A stretch of 63,603 nt of DNA, filler included, from Pelomyxa schiedti (Eukaryota > Protista > Evosea): the NCBI GenBank assembly GCA_020536535.1. It is 6 parts of 6 records of this genome, joined end to end, with 100 filler letters (N's around TTAATTAATTAA, not from the genome) between each part and the next. Parts side by side here need not be neighbours in the genome. Positions count along the whole stretch, not along the records: positions 34,480 to 63,603 come from JAHLWZ010001013.1; 5 more parts are not named here. The stretch is one strand, 5' to 3'. This document shows positions 60,764-63,603 of this stretch, piece by piece (position 1 is the first letter of the stretch; each line of letters opens with the position of its first letter). Made by a program: the position numbers and the translations under genes. The notes under the pieces were generated by a model, which saw only the letters and a list, made by a program, of their open reading frames with translations, was not told the DNA's origin and made no database searches.

Positions 60764-61895
60764 ATGAGGTTCACACGAAGCCCTGTGGGGACCCCTATTT
60801 TCCTAGTCACGTTTTCATCTGTTGAAGAAGCTAAGAGGGCAACGAATGACAAATATAAAAACCACAAACCAGATGACATCTGGGTGCTTTACCCATACTA
60901 CGAGATTGAACTGGATGGCTCTGGCGTTCCACAAAAGCTTTTCCAACGCCCGAGGAAGAGTGTAAAGCTGGAGGAAACACCAAAGGACAAGGCTACAGGG
61001 AAACCAAAGAAACGGGAGGATAAAAAGCTCTTCTGCATAATGGGCCTACCGGGAGAGGCTGTGGATGTAACTCACTGGGATCAGACAAAAGAAAAGCTTG
61101 AAGCCCACTTCAAGGCTGAGGAGTGAGTTTCCCTTCCTTCACCCATTGGCATCAATAACATTAGCACACATAGAGCTCTTCTGGTAAACGGAAACGTTTA
61201 CGTGGTGAATCCGAAGCGTGAAGGGATTGCATCAGGGAAGCCTTCCACCACAGAGGATGGGACAATGCTCCGCTGTGAACGCATCGGGCATTGGTACACC
61301 CACGTGGAACGCCTTACTATCCCGTATGCGTACTGATATGATCATTCTCGCATTTCCCTCACGTATGGATAGGGTGCAGGCTAGTGAAACTAATGACGCT
61401 CAAGAAAGTGCGGCATCGACAACGGTGCCTTCTTCTACGGCTACATCCACAACAGTGCCTTCTTCTACGGCTACGTCCACAACAGGGCCTTCTTCTACGG
61501 CTACATCCGCAACAGTGCCTTCTTGTACAGCTGCTACTTCTGGTACGGATGCGACTTCACGAACTTCGCGAAAGGCAAAGGCAAAGGTGAAGACGAAGGC
61601 GAAGGTGATGGTGAAGGTGATGGTGAAGGTGAAGGGGGCAAAGGCAATCTCACATCAGACTAGAAACACACCTGATGGTGATGATTATGAGGATGAGGAT
61701 GAGGATGAGGATGAGGATGAGGATGAGGAGGAGGAGGAGCATGTGAACCATCCGGCAACAAAGAGGGCACGAAGCAACGAGCCAGTTAAGTGTGGATGTC
61801 CAACTTCAAGGTGCGCCACAAGGCAGTGTGCGTGCCGGCGGGCGAGCCGTGCGTGTGGCCAGCAATGCAGGTGCCGAAAGTGCCTCAACCCATGA
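60764..61895 (+). CDS. Three-exon protein with low-complexity middle and C-terminal 9-Cys CXC (tesmin/TSO1-like) domain
   Basis: In-frame GT-AG joins (AEE|ALLVNG...LTIP|VQASE); ends CGCPTSRCATRQCACRRASRACGQQCRCRKCLNP. Confidence 0.7.
61416..61535 (+). repeat. Coding 30-bp minisatellite, 4 copies (STTVPSSTAT)
   Basis: Units start at 61416, 61446, 61476 and 61506. Confidence 0.9.
61689..61739 (+). repeat. (GAGGAT)n/(GAG)n coding repeat (acidic tract)
   Basis: Encodes EDEDEDEDEDEDEEEEE. Confidence 0.9.
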
Positions 61896-62466
61896 GATCA
61901 TCGAAGACAACGCAACACCCACCAGCAAAAAATATAAAACAGGTCCCGTTGTTTCGGTAAAAATGATCTCGACAAGTGATCATTTTTTGGCACGGGGTTA
62001 GCAGTTACGCGGGTTGGCATGTCGCACCCACTGTGGATGCAGCTGATGTTGTTTTTCATGCTGGTGGTTCTTATCGATGCATTGGCGCGGTTTGGTTTGT
62101 TTCCTCAGGGAATGTGTAGGATAATACAAAAAAATGGCTGGCAATCAAAGCTCCATGGGGGTTGGAATCAAATCGAAATGGCAAGCAACTGCCACTTTCC
62201 TTTTGGCTTGCTTATTATTGGTAGTGTTTCATTACCCACCATAATATGTCATATTTAATGCCTAAGAAGAGCAAACCTGATCCATCACACAAACAATGTA
62301 TTGAGTTTATACGTGTTGCGTACGACTGGGGGACTCTCTCTCAGTTCAATCATCTGGCACAACTACGCATCTAAAGTTACATCTGGAGAACTGTGAACCT
62401 TTCTTAGCGTAACCTACAGGTTCCAAAAGAGTTTTACTTATCTCATACAAAAAAAGGTGCCAAAAT

Positions 62467-63330
62467 GAGGATACATAAACCCAAAGAAACCAATCCCAAA
62501 GATCCTGAACTTCACCTTGAACAATTTTCTTATAACTCGCTCAAGGTATTCTTACTCAACAAGAGGATCCAGGAACTCGAAGCAGCACATTTTGTAATTG
62601 CCGTATTGACGAGCCTGCAACATTTTAGTGGGTCCTATTGAAATAATGCACAACCAATTTCATTTACCATACAGGGCCACAGTCCGCGAGGTGGAACACT
62701 GACAAGACCCTTATATGGTCCATTGTTTACATGGACTCCACTGCAAAACTTTTTGGATCAGATGAATCAGCCACAGGTGGCTTCAAGCCTAAGCAGATAG
62801 TTCACCTCCTACACTACCCCAATATATTAGCGCCAACGACTGAAAAGTGCATCCCCAAAAGCATCACCAGGCCAAGATGCCACCAGTCCTACTGCAAATG
62901 CACCACTTTCCAAAAGGGTCAGAGCCTGCCGCAACTTCTGTGACATCCTCACACAATGGTCACAATGCTCAGGAGCAACTGCATTCAATCATCGCCATGA
63001 ACAAGGCAGCCCAAGAGAGAGAGAGAGTTTGTGTATTAAACATTAAAGCAGACAATCTGGAGACACAGTCAAGTGTGGCTTGAAGTAAGAATTGCAGCAG
63101 CAAAGGAGGAACCAGCAGAGCTGAACCGACGCGTTGCCGAACTTAGAGAGAAATATGCGCGGCAACAAAGTGTTGTAAAATGTACTGCGGACAAGAAGAT
63201 ATTGCGAGTCCCGCTGGCAAGCTGATAGTCTCTCAAAGCAACTCACCGAAACTGCCTCGAAGTTGGCTGTTGTGTGAAGACCACCACACTGGCCGTGCCA
63301 TAAAAGCTGTAAGTGTAAGTGAGCCCTTCT
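62467..63330 (+). pseudogene. Possible degenerate or heavily spliced gene remnant
   Basis: Short protein-like frames (Cys-rich RCHQSYCKC, coiled-coil-like ELNRRVAELREK) with splice-like signals but interrupting stops. Confidence 0.25.
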
Positions 63331-63603
63331 TTCTTTTCTGCTTCTCACAACATGCCAGTTGGTACTTCCGAGTCTGTGCTTATGATAGTTGGCCACCACA
63401 CCAACTTAAAAAAAGGTCCGTATTTGGTCTATTTTTGGAATTGTCCCATTATTCGGACCACCCGGCCGGCGGGAGGTTTTTTAGGAACCCCGAAACCTTG
63501 ACTGTACGTACCATGATGTGCAGAGAATGAAAGAAGCACTGATAAAAAAGAAAAAAGAAACAAAAAACAAGAGAAGAAAGAAATTTGGAGGGACGAAGAA
63601 GGA

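Overview
Eukaryotic, intron-containing, gene-dense DNA from a draft assembly. It has nine 100-N scaffold gaps, mostly with duplicated flanks, and five N-TTAATTAATTAA-N linkers that join unrelated contigs, so adjacency across those linkers means nothing. The expanded orphan family, Roco-like, Sel1 and ankyrin-kinase genes and ~40-90 nt GT-AG introns recall an amoebozoan such as Pelomyxa; this is from memory and not verified. Main results: (1) an ankyrin/coiled-coil/SAM-SAM gene (6458-9087) whose apparent 1-kb intron resolves into 13 frame-preserving micro-exons, ten of them a single codon, all inside one ankyrin loop; (2) directly upstream, an intronless hybrid NRPS-PKS (A-T-KS-AT-ACP, no reductive or release domain) present in at least three paralogous copies, two of which adjoin spliced genes without a gap; (3) a spliced ubiquitin paralog ending RLRAG rather than RLRGG. 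Also present: a Roco-like protein with degenerate GTPase and kinase motifs, an ankyrin/PINK1-like kinase, a divergent beta-tubulin, a candidate clan-CD protease domain and perfect hairpins. Housekeeping genes are a REXO exonuclease, a Rab8-like GTPase, glucosidase II beta, TARBP1/Trm3, a TKL kinase and importin-beta. All gene models were read by eye.
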